NCBI GenBank assembly: GCA_964529175.1
Contig: CAZGVO010000012.1
Span: 12,757-76,756, forward strand
Reading direction: 5' to 3'
DNA length: 64,000 bases
DNA from: an uncultured Bifidobacterium sp.
GTDB lineage: Bacteria > Bacteroidota > Bacteroidia > UKL13-3
Shown: piece by piece, positions 20,118-28,635 of the stretch
Layout: every line of letters begins with the position of its first letter
How positions within the stretch are numbered: position 1 is the stretch's first letter
Program-made: the position numbers and the translations under genes
Notes under the pieces: model-generated
Database searches by the model: none
Told to the model about the DNA's origin: nothing
Seen by the model: the letters and a program-made list of their open reading frames with translations, nothing else

Positions 20118-20483
20118 TTATGCTTCTTCTTCCTCGTCATCCTCTTCGCCTTCCCACTCTTGGTCAGGGCTGGTCCACTCTTCGCCTTCCATCATTTTGC
20201 GGTATTCTACCAACTCTTCTTTGTTGTATTTGTTGCTATAATCGCTCAATAAATCTAACAAATAATCAAGGTTAGCTTTTCCATCATCTTCGGTATATTC
20301 AAAAGTGTAATCGCCATTTTCTTGAATGTTTTCGTATGCCAATCTAATCATGCGTACATAGCCAGGTTGGTTTAAATTTTCAATAAAATGTTGGCGTAAT
20401 TCTTTTAACTGATTCACTAATTTTTCGCCTTCAAATCCTTCTTTTGCCAAAGTTGCTTTAATGGCATCTATCAATTGCTTCAT
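20118..20483 (-). CDS. hypothetical acidic protein (poly-E/D C-terminal tail)
   Basis: 121 aa ending EWEGEEDDEEEEA. Confidence 0.4.
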   Translation of the reverse strand: MKQLIDAIKATLAKEGFEGEKLVNQLKELRQHFIENLNQPGYVRMIRLAYENIQENGDYTFEYTEDDGKANLDYLLDLLSDYSNKYNKEELVEYRKMMEGEEWTSPDQEWEGEEDDEEEEA

Positions 20484-20559
20484 TTATTGTTATAATTTTT
20501 AATGGGGGCGAAAATAAGGTTTTGTTTTAAAACTCTAACTATTTATTGTTTAAATTCAT

Positions 20560-20830
20560 TTTAGGCCTTTTATGAGGGTGAGATGTGAGATGGGGATTGT
20601 GAGATGGCGATTGTGAAAAGTGAGATGAGAAATGAGCACTGAGATGGGAAATGAGGATTGTGAGATGAGATTTGAGAGAAGAGAAATGAGCACTGAGTTG
20701 GGAGAGAAAAAATTTGCAATTTGCAATAGGCAATTTGCAAGGCGTATTGCTTTCAATTCAAAACCAACAATTTAACAATACAACAATTTAGCAATTTAAT
20801 CATCTAACAGTTAAACAATCAAAAAATCAA
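20560..20830. repeat. low-complexity degenerate repeat tract
   Basis: gagatg/tgagatg iterations, two copies of ~20-nt (g)agatgagaaatgagcactgag, then tgcaat x3 and caacaattta/caa(t/c)aa runs. Confidence 0.6.
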
Positions 20831-20856
20831 CAAGTCAAAAATCTCCAAATAAAAAG

Positions 20857-22149
20857 CTACACAAACATCTCTTCTTGTTCTTTATCTAAATCTTCTTTGT
20901 CTTGGTCTAACTGGCGTTTTACTAAAAGTTGCAAAGCTGGGCCAGCCATAACCGAAGTTACTACTGCCATAATAACTATGGCCACAAACAGTTTTTGATT
21001 GATTAATCCTGCTTGCAAAGCCAATAATGCTAAAATAATTTCCATTGCACCACGGGCATTCATTCCAAAACCTACTGCTAAACTTTCTTTTTTGGTTAAG
21101 CCACCCCATAATGCACCTAATCCTGCGCCTAATAGTTTACAAATTACTGCAATAATTAATACCAAAGCTGTCACCTGAAAATCGAAATTGGCAATAAAAT
21201 TTACCTTAAAACCAATGGAAACAAAAAACAAAGGTGCAAAAATATTGGTCACAAACTGATTCACTATTTCGCGCGTTTTCTCGGTTAAATGCACGCTATC
21301 GCCAAAGGCAATACCTACTATAAAAGCACCAAAAATGGCATGAATGCCAATAAACTCGGTAAAAGCAGCACCTAAAAATGCCAATCCTAATGAAATACTT
21401 AAAAATCCTCCTGGCCAGCTAAAGTTTTTTTGTGCCCAAGGCAATGATTTATTAATAATTATACGGCCAACTGTCAGCATGGCAACGGAATACAATATGG
21501 TTAAACCCAAAGTATAAATAAAACCATGAGCACCCGTGTCGGGTTTCATCATGCCTAATATTACCGAAAATAACAACCAACCAATAATATCGTCAAACAT
21601 GGCTGCGGCTATAATTATCATACCAACTTTGGTTCTAAATAAACCCAAATCCATTAAAGTGCGCGCTATAATTGGTAACGCTGAAACAGCCATAGCTGTT
21701 CCAAAAAACAAACTGAATAAAATTAATTGGGTATGCGAATTGTAGTTTTCGCCAAATAATGGAAATTGATAATATGCTACTAAAAAACCTAAACCTAAAG
21801 GAATGATTAATCCTAAAAAGCTTGTTTTTAAAGCTGTTTTGCCTTGCTGGCGAATGATAGATAAATCAACTTCCATACCTGCCACAAACAATAACATGAT
21901 AACTGATATTGAGGTAATGCCATTAAATGCAATAGCCGAATTACTTTCTTTATTTAAAACCAAATTACTTACCTGAGGAAAATACTGACCTAATAAACTT
22001 GGTCCAAGACAAATTCCTGCCATCAATTCTCCAACTACCAACGGCATTTTAAATTTCCTGAAAAATTCACCCACAAGCCTTGCCACAATAAGCAGTATGC
22101 CTAAGCTTAATATTAAACTTATTGTTTCATGGTGGTTTAAGGTTTTCAT
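20857..22149 (-). CDS. cation:proton antiporter (CPA2/Kef-type Na+/H+ exchanger)
   Basis: 12-13 TM helices, typical CPA pattern. Confidence 0.8.
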   Translation of the reverse strand: MKTLNHHETISLILSLGILLIVARLVGEFFRKFKMPLVVGELMAGICLGPSLLGQYFPQVSNLVLNKESNSAIAFNGITSISVIMLLFVAGMEVDLSIIRQQGKTALKTSFLGLIIPLGLGFLVAYYQFPLFGENYNSHTQLILFSLFFGTAMAVSALPIIARTLMDLGLFRTKVGMIIIAAAMFDDIIGWLLFSVILGMMKPDTGAHGFIYTLGLTILYSVAMLTVGRIIINKSLPWAQKNFSWPGGFLSISLGLAFLGAAFTEFIGIHAIFGAFIVGIAFGDSVHLTEKTREIVNQFVTNIFAPLFFVSIGFKVNFIANFDFQVTALVLIIAVICKLLGAGLGALWGGLTKKESLAVGFGMNARGAMEIILALLALQAGLINQKLFVAIVIMAVVTSVMAGPALQLLVKRQLDQDKEDLDKEQEEMFV

Positions 22150-22344
22150 TTGTTTGAGTTTAAAGTTTTGAAGTGTTTATGTGTTAAAGTGAGGGATTGC
22201 TGTATTGTTGTCCCGATAAATCGGGAGTTGTATTGTTATTTTCCTTTATTGTTTTATTGCTTCTTGTCAATTGCCAATTGCTTATTGTCTATAAACTATG
22301 GTCTATTAACTATCATCTATGATCTATCAACTAACAACTGTCAA
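22150..22344. repeat. AT-rich low-complexity repeat tract with embedded perfect palindrome
   Basis: ttgtattgtt, caattgccaattgc, tctat(t/c)aacta iterations. Palindrome tcccgat-aa-atcggga at ~22211-22226, about 60 bp upstream of the antiporter start. Confidence 0.55.
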
Positions 22345-23205
22345 CTAAACCCCATCTTCGTTTACCAATAATAAATTACAAGGCAAATCGGCTAAAGCAA
22401 ATTCAATATCAGTTGGAAAAACACGGTCAATCAAATTTAGTTTTCTGTCGGGTGAGTTTAGTACCAATAAATCCGCTTCATTTTCGCGGGCATATTTGGT
22501 AATTACATAACCTGGCTTGCCTTCTATACGTTCCACATTTACTTTTAAACCGCCACAATCGTTACAACTTAAAATATATTCTAGCTTTTTATTTTCCTCG
22601 CTAATTAATTGTTCTTTGTGATGAGCCATTTCGTTTTCTTTAAACTCATCGCTACGTATTAATGCGGCTTTGCTTAAATCGGTTTCTTGTATTACGTCTA
22701 CATATTTTACATTAAAAGCTTTGGCTATTTCAATGGCTTTTGCAATGGTGTTAACTGTTTTTGGATTATCAGAACCTTCAACTACTATGCGTTTTAAAGG
22801 GTTCGATTCTATCATAGGTTCAGTAAGCATTAACATGCTGCATTTTACCCTACGACTTAATTTACGAGCCACACTGCCCATAAAATATTTTATTAAACTT
22901 TCTTTTTCTAAAGCACCTGCTACCAGTAGATCAAACTGTTCATCTTCACATATTTGTAAAATAGTTTCAACAGGTTCGCCTTCGCGCCAAATTAATTGTG
23001 AGTTGCTTAAATTATATTTATCAAAAAGGTCTTTTAAAGTCTTTTCATCTTCGGTACTTTGTTTGCCAACATGTATAAAAAACAAGTTGGATACAAATCC
23101 TTTTTGCATTTTAGAAGCTTCAGCTATAATAGCCTCAAGCCTTGGCGAAAAAGCAATGGCTATTCCAATTTTTTTAAAAATTAATTCTTTTTTCTCTGCA
23201 CTCAT
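22345..23205 (-). CDS. tandem-domain universal stress protein (UspA family)
   Basis: Two USP-like halves; C-terminal …ADLLVLNSPDRK…LPCNLLLV is typical. Immediately upstream of the antiporter in the same orientation. Confidence 0.6.
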   Translation of the reverse strand: MSAEKKELIFKKIGIAIAFSPRLEAIIAEASKMQKGFVSNLFFIHVGKQSTEDEKTLKDLFDKYNLSNSQLIWREGEPVETILQICEDEQFDLLVAGALEKESLIKYFMGSVARKLSRRVKCSMLMLTEPMIESNPLKRIVVEGSDNPKTVNTIAKAIEIAKAFNVKYVDVIQETDLSKAALIRSDEFKENEMAHHKEQLISEENKKLEYILSCNDCGGLKVNVERIEGKPGYVITKYARENEADLLVLNSPDRKLNLIDRVFPTDIEFALADLPCNLLLVNEDGV

Positions 23206-23289
23206 CGTATTTAATTAATTAATAGTTTTTCTTTTTCTAGGTTTGCAAATGTATATTTTAGTTTATGTTTTATGTTTAGCTATTGTAAA

Positions 23290-24654
23290 TTATTCGTTAC
23301 AAAGTAGCCAAACTAAACTGCCTATTGCGGCAGCACCTAAATGTAACTCACGCTCATTTACTGCTTCAAATACATCATTTTCAGTATGGTGGTAATCAAA
23401 ATAACGTTGCGAATCAGGCACATAACCAATCAATGCTTTGCAATTATTTTTTAGTGGACCAATATCGGCACCACCTCCCCCAAGGTCTATTTTATCCCAA
23501 CCATAGTTTCTAAACAAATGTGCTTTAGCGGCCATATTTTTATAAACGGTAGAATCGCTAATGCCAAAACCACGCGGAACAAAACCTCCTGCATCGGTTT
23601 CAATAGCTGCATAATGGTTTTCTTTATTCAAAGCTGCTAACTCAGCATATTTTATGCCACCACGCAAACCATTTTCTTCGTTCATAAAAAGCACTGCGCG
23701 CAATGTACGCTGCGGTTTTAAGTTTAAGGTTTTAAACAAACGCAATACTTCTATACTTTGTACACAACCTGCCCCGTCATCGTGAGCACCTTCGCCCACA
23801 TCCCAACTATCTAAATGACCACCCACTAATATAATTTCATTGGCTTTGGTCGTTCCGTTTATTTGTCCAATTACATTATAGCTCAATACACTATCAATGG
23901 TGTTTTGACAATTTAAGTTAAAGTAAAATTGGGTTTGATTATTTTGTTTGATAGATTTACTCAATGCATCGGCATGGTTACTGCTAATGGCACATGCAGG
24001 AATTTTTGGAAACGAATCGTTGTAATACATAGCGCCTGTATGTGCAAATTCATCGTGAGCTAAAGTTACGCTGCGCACCACCACTCCAATGGCGCCATAT
24101 TTGGCAGCTTCTGTAGCTCCACGCCCACGTTGGTTCACAGCACCTCCATAAGCACTTCCTGTACTAATTTGAGTTGGGTCCATTGGGCGATTAAAAAACA
24201 CAATTTTACCAGCAATTTTTTCTTTGCCTAAACTTTTTAATTCTTCAAAGTTTTTTACCTCAATTACATTGGCTGTTATGCCATTTTTAGGAGTAGATAC
24301 TGAGCCACCTAATGCTAAAATATTTACTTTGTAGGGTTTATTTTCATTGATAATTTTCCCTATTTCGGTTTGTTTGCTGCCTCTTACCCAACGCGGAACC
24401 ATAACAGGTTGAAGCCACACACTATCAAAACCATAACTTTTCATTTTGTTATACATTAACTGTACGGCTTTTTCGGCCTGCGGACTACCGCTAATACGGT
24501 TACCTACTTTTTTACATAAATCACGCAGGTCTGAATATGCTTTTCCGTTAAGCAATACTTCGTCAGTAATTTGTTTAATAACAGCAGCATCGTTGGTTTG
24601 AGCCGTTAGTTGGAAGCAATAAAGAGAAAATAAGAGTATAAAAAATTTGTTCAT
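23290..24654 (-). CDS. M28 family zinc peptidase with PA domain
   Basis: Signal peptide; motifs GAHDDGAGCV, NEENGLRG, HTEND. Confidence 0.8.
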   Translation of the reverse strand: MNKFFILLFSLYCFQLTAQTNDAAVIKQITDEVLLNGKAYSDLRDLCKKVGNRISGSPQAEKAVQLMYNKMKSYGFDSVWLQPVMVPRWVRGSKQTEIGKIINENKPYKVNILALGGSVSTPKNGITANVIEVKNFEELKSLGKEKIAGKIVFFNRPMDPTQISTGSAYGGAVNQRGRGATEAAKYGAIGVVVRSVTLAHDEFAHTGAMYYNDSFPKIPACAISSNHADALSKSIKQNNQTQFYFNLNCQNTIDSVLSYNVIGQINGTTKANEIILVGGHLDSWDVGEGAHDDGAGCVQSIEVLRLFKTLNLKPQRTLRAVLFMNEENGLRGGIKYAELAALNKENHYAAIETDAGGFVPRGFGISDSTVYKNMAAKAHLFRNYGWDKIDLGGGGADIGPLKNNCKALIGYVPDSQRYFDYHHTENDVFEAVNERELHLGAAAIGSLVWLLCNE

Positions 24655-24733
24655 TACCAGTAATATATTTTATGCATTCAAATATATTGTTTGTAAGGGA
24701 TTTTAAAAGTGGGAAATTTTTCTGTTTCAATTA

Positions 24734-25432
24734 CTATTCCTTAATAGGTTTACTTGTTTTTTTAGCAGGTTTTGGGTTAATAAATTGTGCATCGTAAAAA
24801 CTTTTTACTCTAGGTTTATCATTAACATGTAGCTTAATTAAATCTAATAGAACCAAGTACATGCCAGTAGCCAGTTCTATTCTTATGGTATTTCCATCAA
24901 ACGAGCCTTCTTTTACTTCTCCTTTTTTAGTTAATTGAGCGTTTCTAACGCTTATATATTGGTTTAATATTTCAATTGATTTGTCTTTAAATTCTTGTTT
25001 TAAATCTATCTCCAATTGGCAAGCATCATTAAGCCGTTGCATAATGGTTTCAGCTTCGGTTTTTTTCATTTTATTGTATTCCTCTTTTCCGTTAGGAAAC
25101 AAAGCGTTAAAAGCCACCGGTTTTTTTCGTTTCCAGCTATATACTTCATCGTATAAATTGGTTACAAAGCCAATAAATTCATTTAATACACTGTTTACCG
25201 TTATGGTTTTTCCTTTTTTAGTGGTTACGGTAGTTTCTTGGTTGCTTAGCCATTTTCTGTATTTATTATACAATGGCTCCACTAGGGCAATCATGGCTGT
25301 ATATTCGCCTGTATTGTTTTCAGTATTTTGATATGCTTTTAAATAATTAAGATGACCTTGTGCTAATAAGCCAAAATGCTCATCACTTAGTCTTGAATTT
25401 TCAAACGGATTTTCTAAAATATTGTTTATCAT
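24734..25432 (-). CDS. hypothetical protein, left edge of the accessory island
   Basis: 232 aa, no recognisable motif; Lys-rich C-terminus (PKPAKKTSKPIKE). Confidence 0.4.
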   Translation of the reverse strand: MINNILENPFENSRLSDEHFGLLAQGHLNYLKAYQNTENNTGEYTAMIALVEPLYNKYRKWLSNQETTVTTKKGKTITVNSVLNEFIGFVTNLYDEVYSWKRKKPVAFNALFPNGKEEYNKMKKTEAETIMQRLNDACQLEIDLKQEFKDKSIEILNQYISVRNAQLTKKGEVKEGSFDGNTIRIELATGMYLVLLDLIKLHVNDKPRVKSFYDAQFINPKPAKKTSKPIKE

Positions 25433-25629
25433 ATTATATCCTATATTTTAAATGGTTATTTAGTGGCTCAAAATTACAAGTGCTAAAATTTGCATTGGTT
25501 TTTAACCAATTAGGTTTACTTAAAAACCATATTTTTTTATTTATAATAGCTACTTTTTAATGCCATAAACCAAATAACTTTAATTATCATTATTTTATAA
25601 TAGCTTGTTTAATAAAACGATAACATTAA

Positions 25630-25895
25630 TATTTTGGTATGATGATGTAATAAATAAACCAAAATCAAAAATACCATTACATGATGATGTAATGACAAAA
25701 CCGAAGCCGAAAATACCGTTACATGATTATGTAATGGCAAAACCGAAGCCGAAAATACTGTTACATGATGATGTAATGACAAAACCGAAGCCGAAAATAC
25801 CATTACATGATAATGTAATGACTAAACCGAAGCCGAAAATATTGTTACATGATGATGTAATGACAAAACCGAAATTGAAAAGGGAGACTGTCCAA
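25630..25895. repeat. 42-bp tandem direct repeat array (~6.3 units), each unit with a 16-bp near-palindrome TTACAT-N4-ATGTAA
   Basis: Units about 90% identical, e.g. gatgatgtaatgacaaaaccgaagccgaaaataccgttacat; palindrome arms conserved while the 4-nt centre varies (gatg/gatt/gata). Confidence 0.8.
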
Positions 25896-26110
25896 AAAAG
25901 TGGGTAAAGGGTACTGTTTAACTAAGTGTATAAAGGAATAATTAGTTTAAAATGAATATGTTAAATTGGCAGGAGCCTTGATTGCAACTTTTCTTACCAT
26001 AAGACTAACTTTTTAAATTACAGTAAATAGAACTATAAGAATTTATTTTAGCGCGACACCCTTTGGCGTTTCTACCAAGTAATTTTGCAGTAACTAGAAA
26101 CAAAAATACT

Positions 26111-26527
26111 ATGGAAGAACAGTTTTATTACTCAGATATTACTAATAATGAACTCCTATATTTACTGAAACAACCAAATTTTGCTGCTTCGTTAGCATAT
26201 TTAGTTGATTTTAAAAATCATTCTGATTTGACTGTTACTCCACACGATTATTCAATTGAAATATCGAATAAGGATATATGCATTGCTGTTATTTTATTAG
26301 CGGGATTTGAAACAAACGAATATTTAACTTTAAAAAATAATGTAAATTTTAATTTGATAACTTTAAGTAAAATAATACCTGGAATGTGCGAATTTGAAAA
26401 TATGCCACTAAAATACATAGATAATTTAGCCTGGTTTTTTTCTGCAATAAATAGGTCGAAAAATGAAGAAGTGAAGAAAATTAGCCGTATTAAGAATTTA
26501 AATATGGATTCAGTATCAATCTCATAA
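26111..26527 (+). CDS. hypothetical protein, tandem paralog A
   Basis: Start moved to MEEQFYY. About 60% identical to the next gene over its full length (…FAASLAYLVDFKNHSDLTVTP.DYSIEISN…). Confidence 0.5.
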   Translation: MEEQFYYSDITNNELLYLLKQPNFAASLAYLVDFKNHSDLTVTPHDYSIEISNKDICIAVILLAGFETNEYLTLKNNVNFNLITLSKIIPGMCEFENMPLKYIDNLAWFFSAINRSKNEEVKKISRIKNLNMDSVSIS

Positions 26528-26548
26528 TAATAACTAAACAATACAAAC

Positions 26549-26947
26549 ATGGAAGACCAATTTTATTACTCAAACATTTTTAATAATTCATTATTACACT
26601 TGCTTAGGCAGCCAGATTTTGCTGCTTCGTTAGCATATTTAGTCGATTTTAAAAATCATTCAGATTTGACTGTTACTCCATATGATTATTCAATAGAAAT
26701 ATCGAATAATGAAATAACTATAGCCATTGTTCTTTTTTCTGGGTTTGAATTAAATGAGTATTTGGCACTAAAGAATAAAAGGAACTTTCATATCATTTGT
26801 ATTAATCCAATATTTTTACAAATGTGTGAATTTGAGGAGATGCAATTAAAATATATTGATAAGTTATCCTGGTTTTTTTCTGTAATAAACAGATCGGAAA
26901 ACGAATTGGTGAAAGAAATTAATTGGATAAAAAATTTAACAGTTTAG
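26549..26947 (+). CDS. hypothetical protein, tandem paralog B
   Basis: MEDQFYYSNIFNN…; paralog of 26111-26527. Confidence 0.5.
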   Translation: MEDQFYYSNIFNNSLLHLLRQPDFAASLAYLVDFKNHSDLTVTPYDYSIEISNNEITIAIVLFSGFELNEYLALKNKRNFHIICINPIFLQMCEFEEMQLKYIDKLSWFFSVINRSENELVKEINWIKNLTV

Positions 26948-27050
26948 TAAAAAAATAATGTTTGGTAATACCATAACTAATTCCGTTAATTACAATTAAA
27001 ATAGGGTAGCAGAAAACTATTTAAGTAAGCAAAATATAAAAATATAAAAT

Positions 27051-27350
27051 ATGATTTCAGACGTAAGAGAAAAAGGAAGCCTCATTGAAGTTTATGATGC
27101 AAATAGTAAAAGAATTTCTTACATGAGTGTAGGAAGTAAAGAGCTTGTTGGTATTGCAAGCAATTTCTTTGTTGTTATCAATGGTTTACTAGTTGAAGTG
27201 TATGATGAAAAATGTAAACGTGTTTCATATATGAGTAAAGGTAGCAAAATTGTAAAAGGTGCAGCGGGCAATACTTTTACAGTAAAAAATGGTAGCCTTA
27301 TTGAAACCTATGATGAGAATTGTAAAAGAATAAGTTACAAAAACGCTTAA
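27051..27350 (+). CDS. small protein made of three ~32-aa repeats
   Basis: LIEVYDANSKRISYMSVGSK… / LVEVYDEKCKRVSYMSKGSK… / LIETYDENCKRISYKNA; 3-bp gap to the next gene. Confidence 0.45.
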   Translation: MISDVREKGSLIEVYDANSKRISYMSVGSKELVGIASNFFVVINGLLVEVYDEKCKRVSYMSKGSKIVKGAAGNTFTVKNGSLIETYDENCKRISYKNA

Positions 27351-27352
27351 AT

Positions 27353-28618
27353 ATGGAAATAGCAGAAGAAACAATCAAAAATTTACTTAGTCAGGTTTCT
27401 ACCATTGTAAGTAAATACGATGAAATAGCAGTAGCAAATGGAGAAAACTTCAATGTATTTCAAATACTTAACTTATCAAGTGCTGAAGTTAGATTACATT
27501 CAAAACTGTTAGCTGAATTACTAAATCCTAAAGGAAGCCATAATTTAGGAGATGTATTTCTTAAGTTGTTTATTCAAAGATTAAACAATAGTCCATTTAT
27601 AGGTGAGCCTCTGAAATTATCAGAGCTTGAAAATTCACTGATAGAAGTTGAAAAATATACTGGTAATATTGATAAGCAAAATGATACTGGAGGTAATATT
27701 GATATTTTTATTCATTTGCCAGGTCAAAGCGATTTAGTGATTGAAAATAAAATTTTTGCAGGCGACCAAGAAAGTCAATTAAGGCGTTATCATAATTTCA
27801 ATAAAACAAAGAAACCAGTACTTGTTTATTTGACATTGGATGGCAAGGAAGCAGATGAATTCACTACAAAAAATTCACAGTATAATGAAAATAAAATTGA
27901 ACCGGTCTTATTTTCTTATCAAAGTGATGTAAAAGAATGGTTAGAAGATTGTAGAAAAGAAGCGACCAATTTACCTGTGGTTAGAGAAACAATAACGCAA
28001 TACATTAATTTAATTAAAAACCTAACAGGACAAAGTATGAATAATAATATGAAAAATGACGTTGTAAAAGCTATATCTGAAAGTGGTGCTAAAGTTAAAG
28101 GAGCATTTGAAATTGGGACCGCCTTATCTGATGTTAAAAAACTGCTATTGAAAAAATTTGCAGAAGAAGTTATACTAAAAGTAAAGAAAGCGAAACCAAG
28201 TGTTAGTGCTGATTTATCAAATAATTTCGGTGAAAAATGGAACGGTATTTCATTTAGTTTACAGACAATTAGCAGTACTAATGTTTATTTTTCATTTTTA
28301 AAAGATTATAAGGATGTTTATCTCGAAATAGGTAATAAACAGAATTACTGGCAAGATAAAATAAAGAAGGTCGAATTAAAAAACATAGAATATTATAGGA
28401 ATGCTTTAGTTAATATTTCAAAAGGTTGGGGGATAATTGAAAATACTGTAAACGCTTGGAATGGTGATTGGGTATGCAGATATAGGAAAATGGATGTTTG
28501 GATAAATGATGGTAGTCTTTGGTACGATATTGCCGAAAACAAATTTGATGATAAGGCTGAAAAAGTAGCGCAAGATATTTTAGTACTTCTTGAGTCTACT
28601 GAGAAGAAACAATTCTAA
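27353..28618 (+). CDS. PD-(D/E)XK nuclease-superfamily protein (PDDEXK_4-like), paralog 1
   Basis: N-terminal GENFNVFQILNLSSAEVRLHSKLLAELLNPKGSHNLGDVFLKLF; catalytic-type motif GNIDIFIH…DLVIENKIFAGDQESQLRRYH; conserved LPVVRETITQYINLIKN. Confidence 0.6.
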   Translation: MEIAEETIKNLLSQVSTIVSKYDEIAVANGENFNVFQILNLSSAEVRLHSKLLAELLNPKGSHNLGDVFLKLFIQRLNNSPFIGEPLKLSELENSLIEVEKYTGNIDKQNDTGGNIDIFIHLPGQSDLVIENKIFAGDQESQLRRYHNFNKTKKPVLVYLTLDGKEADEFTTKNSQYNENKIEPVLFSYQSDVKEWLEDCRKEATNLPVVRETITQYINLIKNLTGQSMNNNMKNDVVKAISESGAKVKGAFEIGTALSDVKKLLLKKFAEEVILKVKKAKPSVSADLSNNFGEKWNGISFSLQTISSTNVYFSFLKDYKDVYLEIGNKQNYWQDKIKKVELKNIEYYRNALVNISKGWGIIENTVNAWNGDWVCRYRKMDVWINDGSLWYDIAENKFDDKAEKVAQDILVLLESTEKKQF

Positions 28619-28635
28619 TTATTGATTGAATAAAT

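Noticed and set aside
20539-20756. Two overlapping minus-strand ORFs (64 and 66 aa)
   Set aside because: They are translations of the gagatg low-complexity tract (HLTILISHLS…); compositional artefact.
22150-22371. 73-aa + strand ORF
   Set aside because: Translation of the low-complexity intergenic tract (Cys/Leu-rich); artefact.
25605-25907. 100-aa ORF (…IPLHDDVMTKPKPK…)x6, plus a 64-aa antisense ORF
   Set aside because: The repeat structure is better explained at the DNA level (conserved palindrome arms, variable centre, weak start context), so it is called a repeat rather than a CDS.
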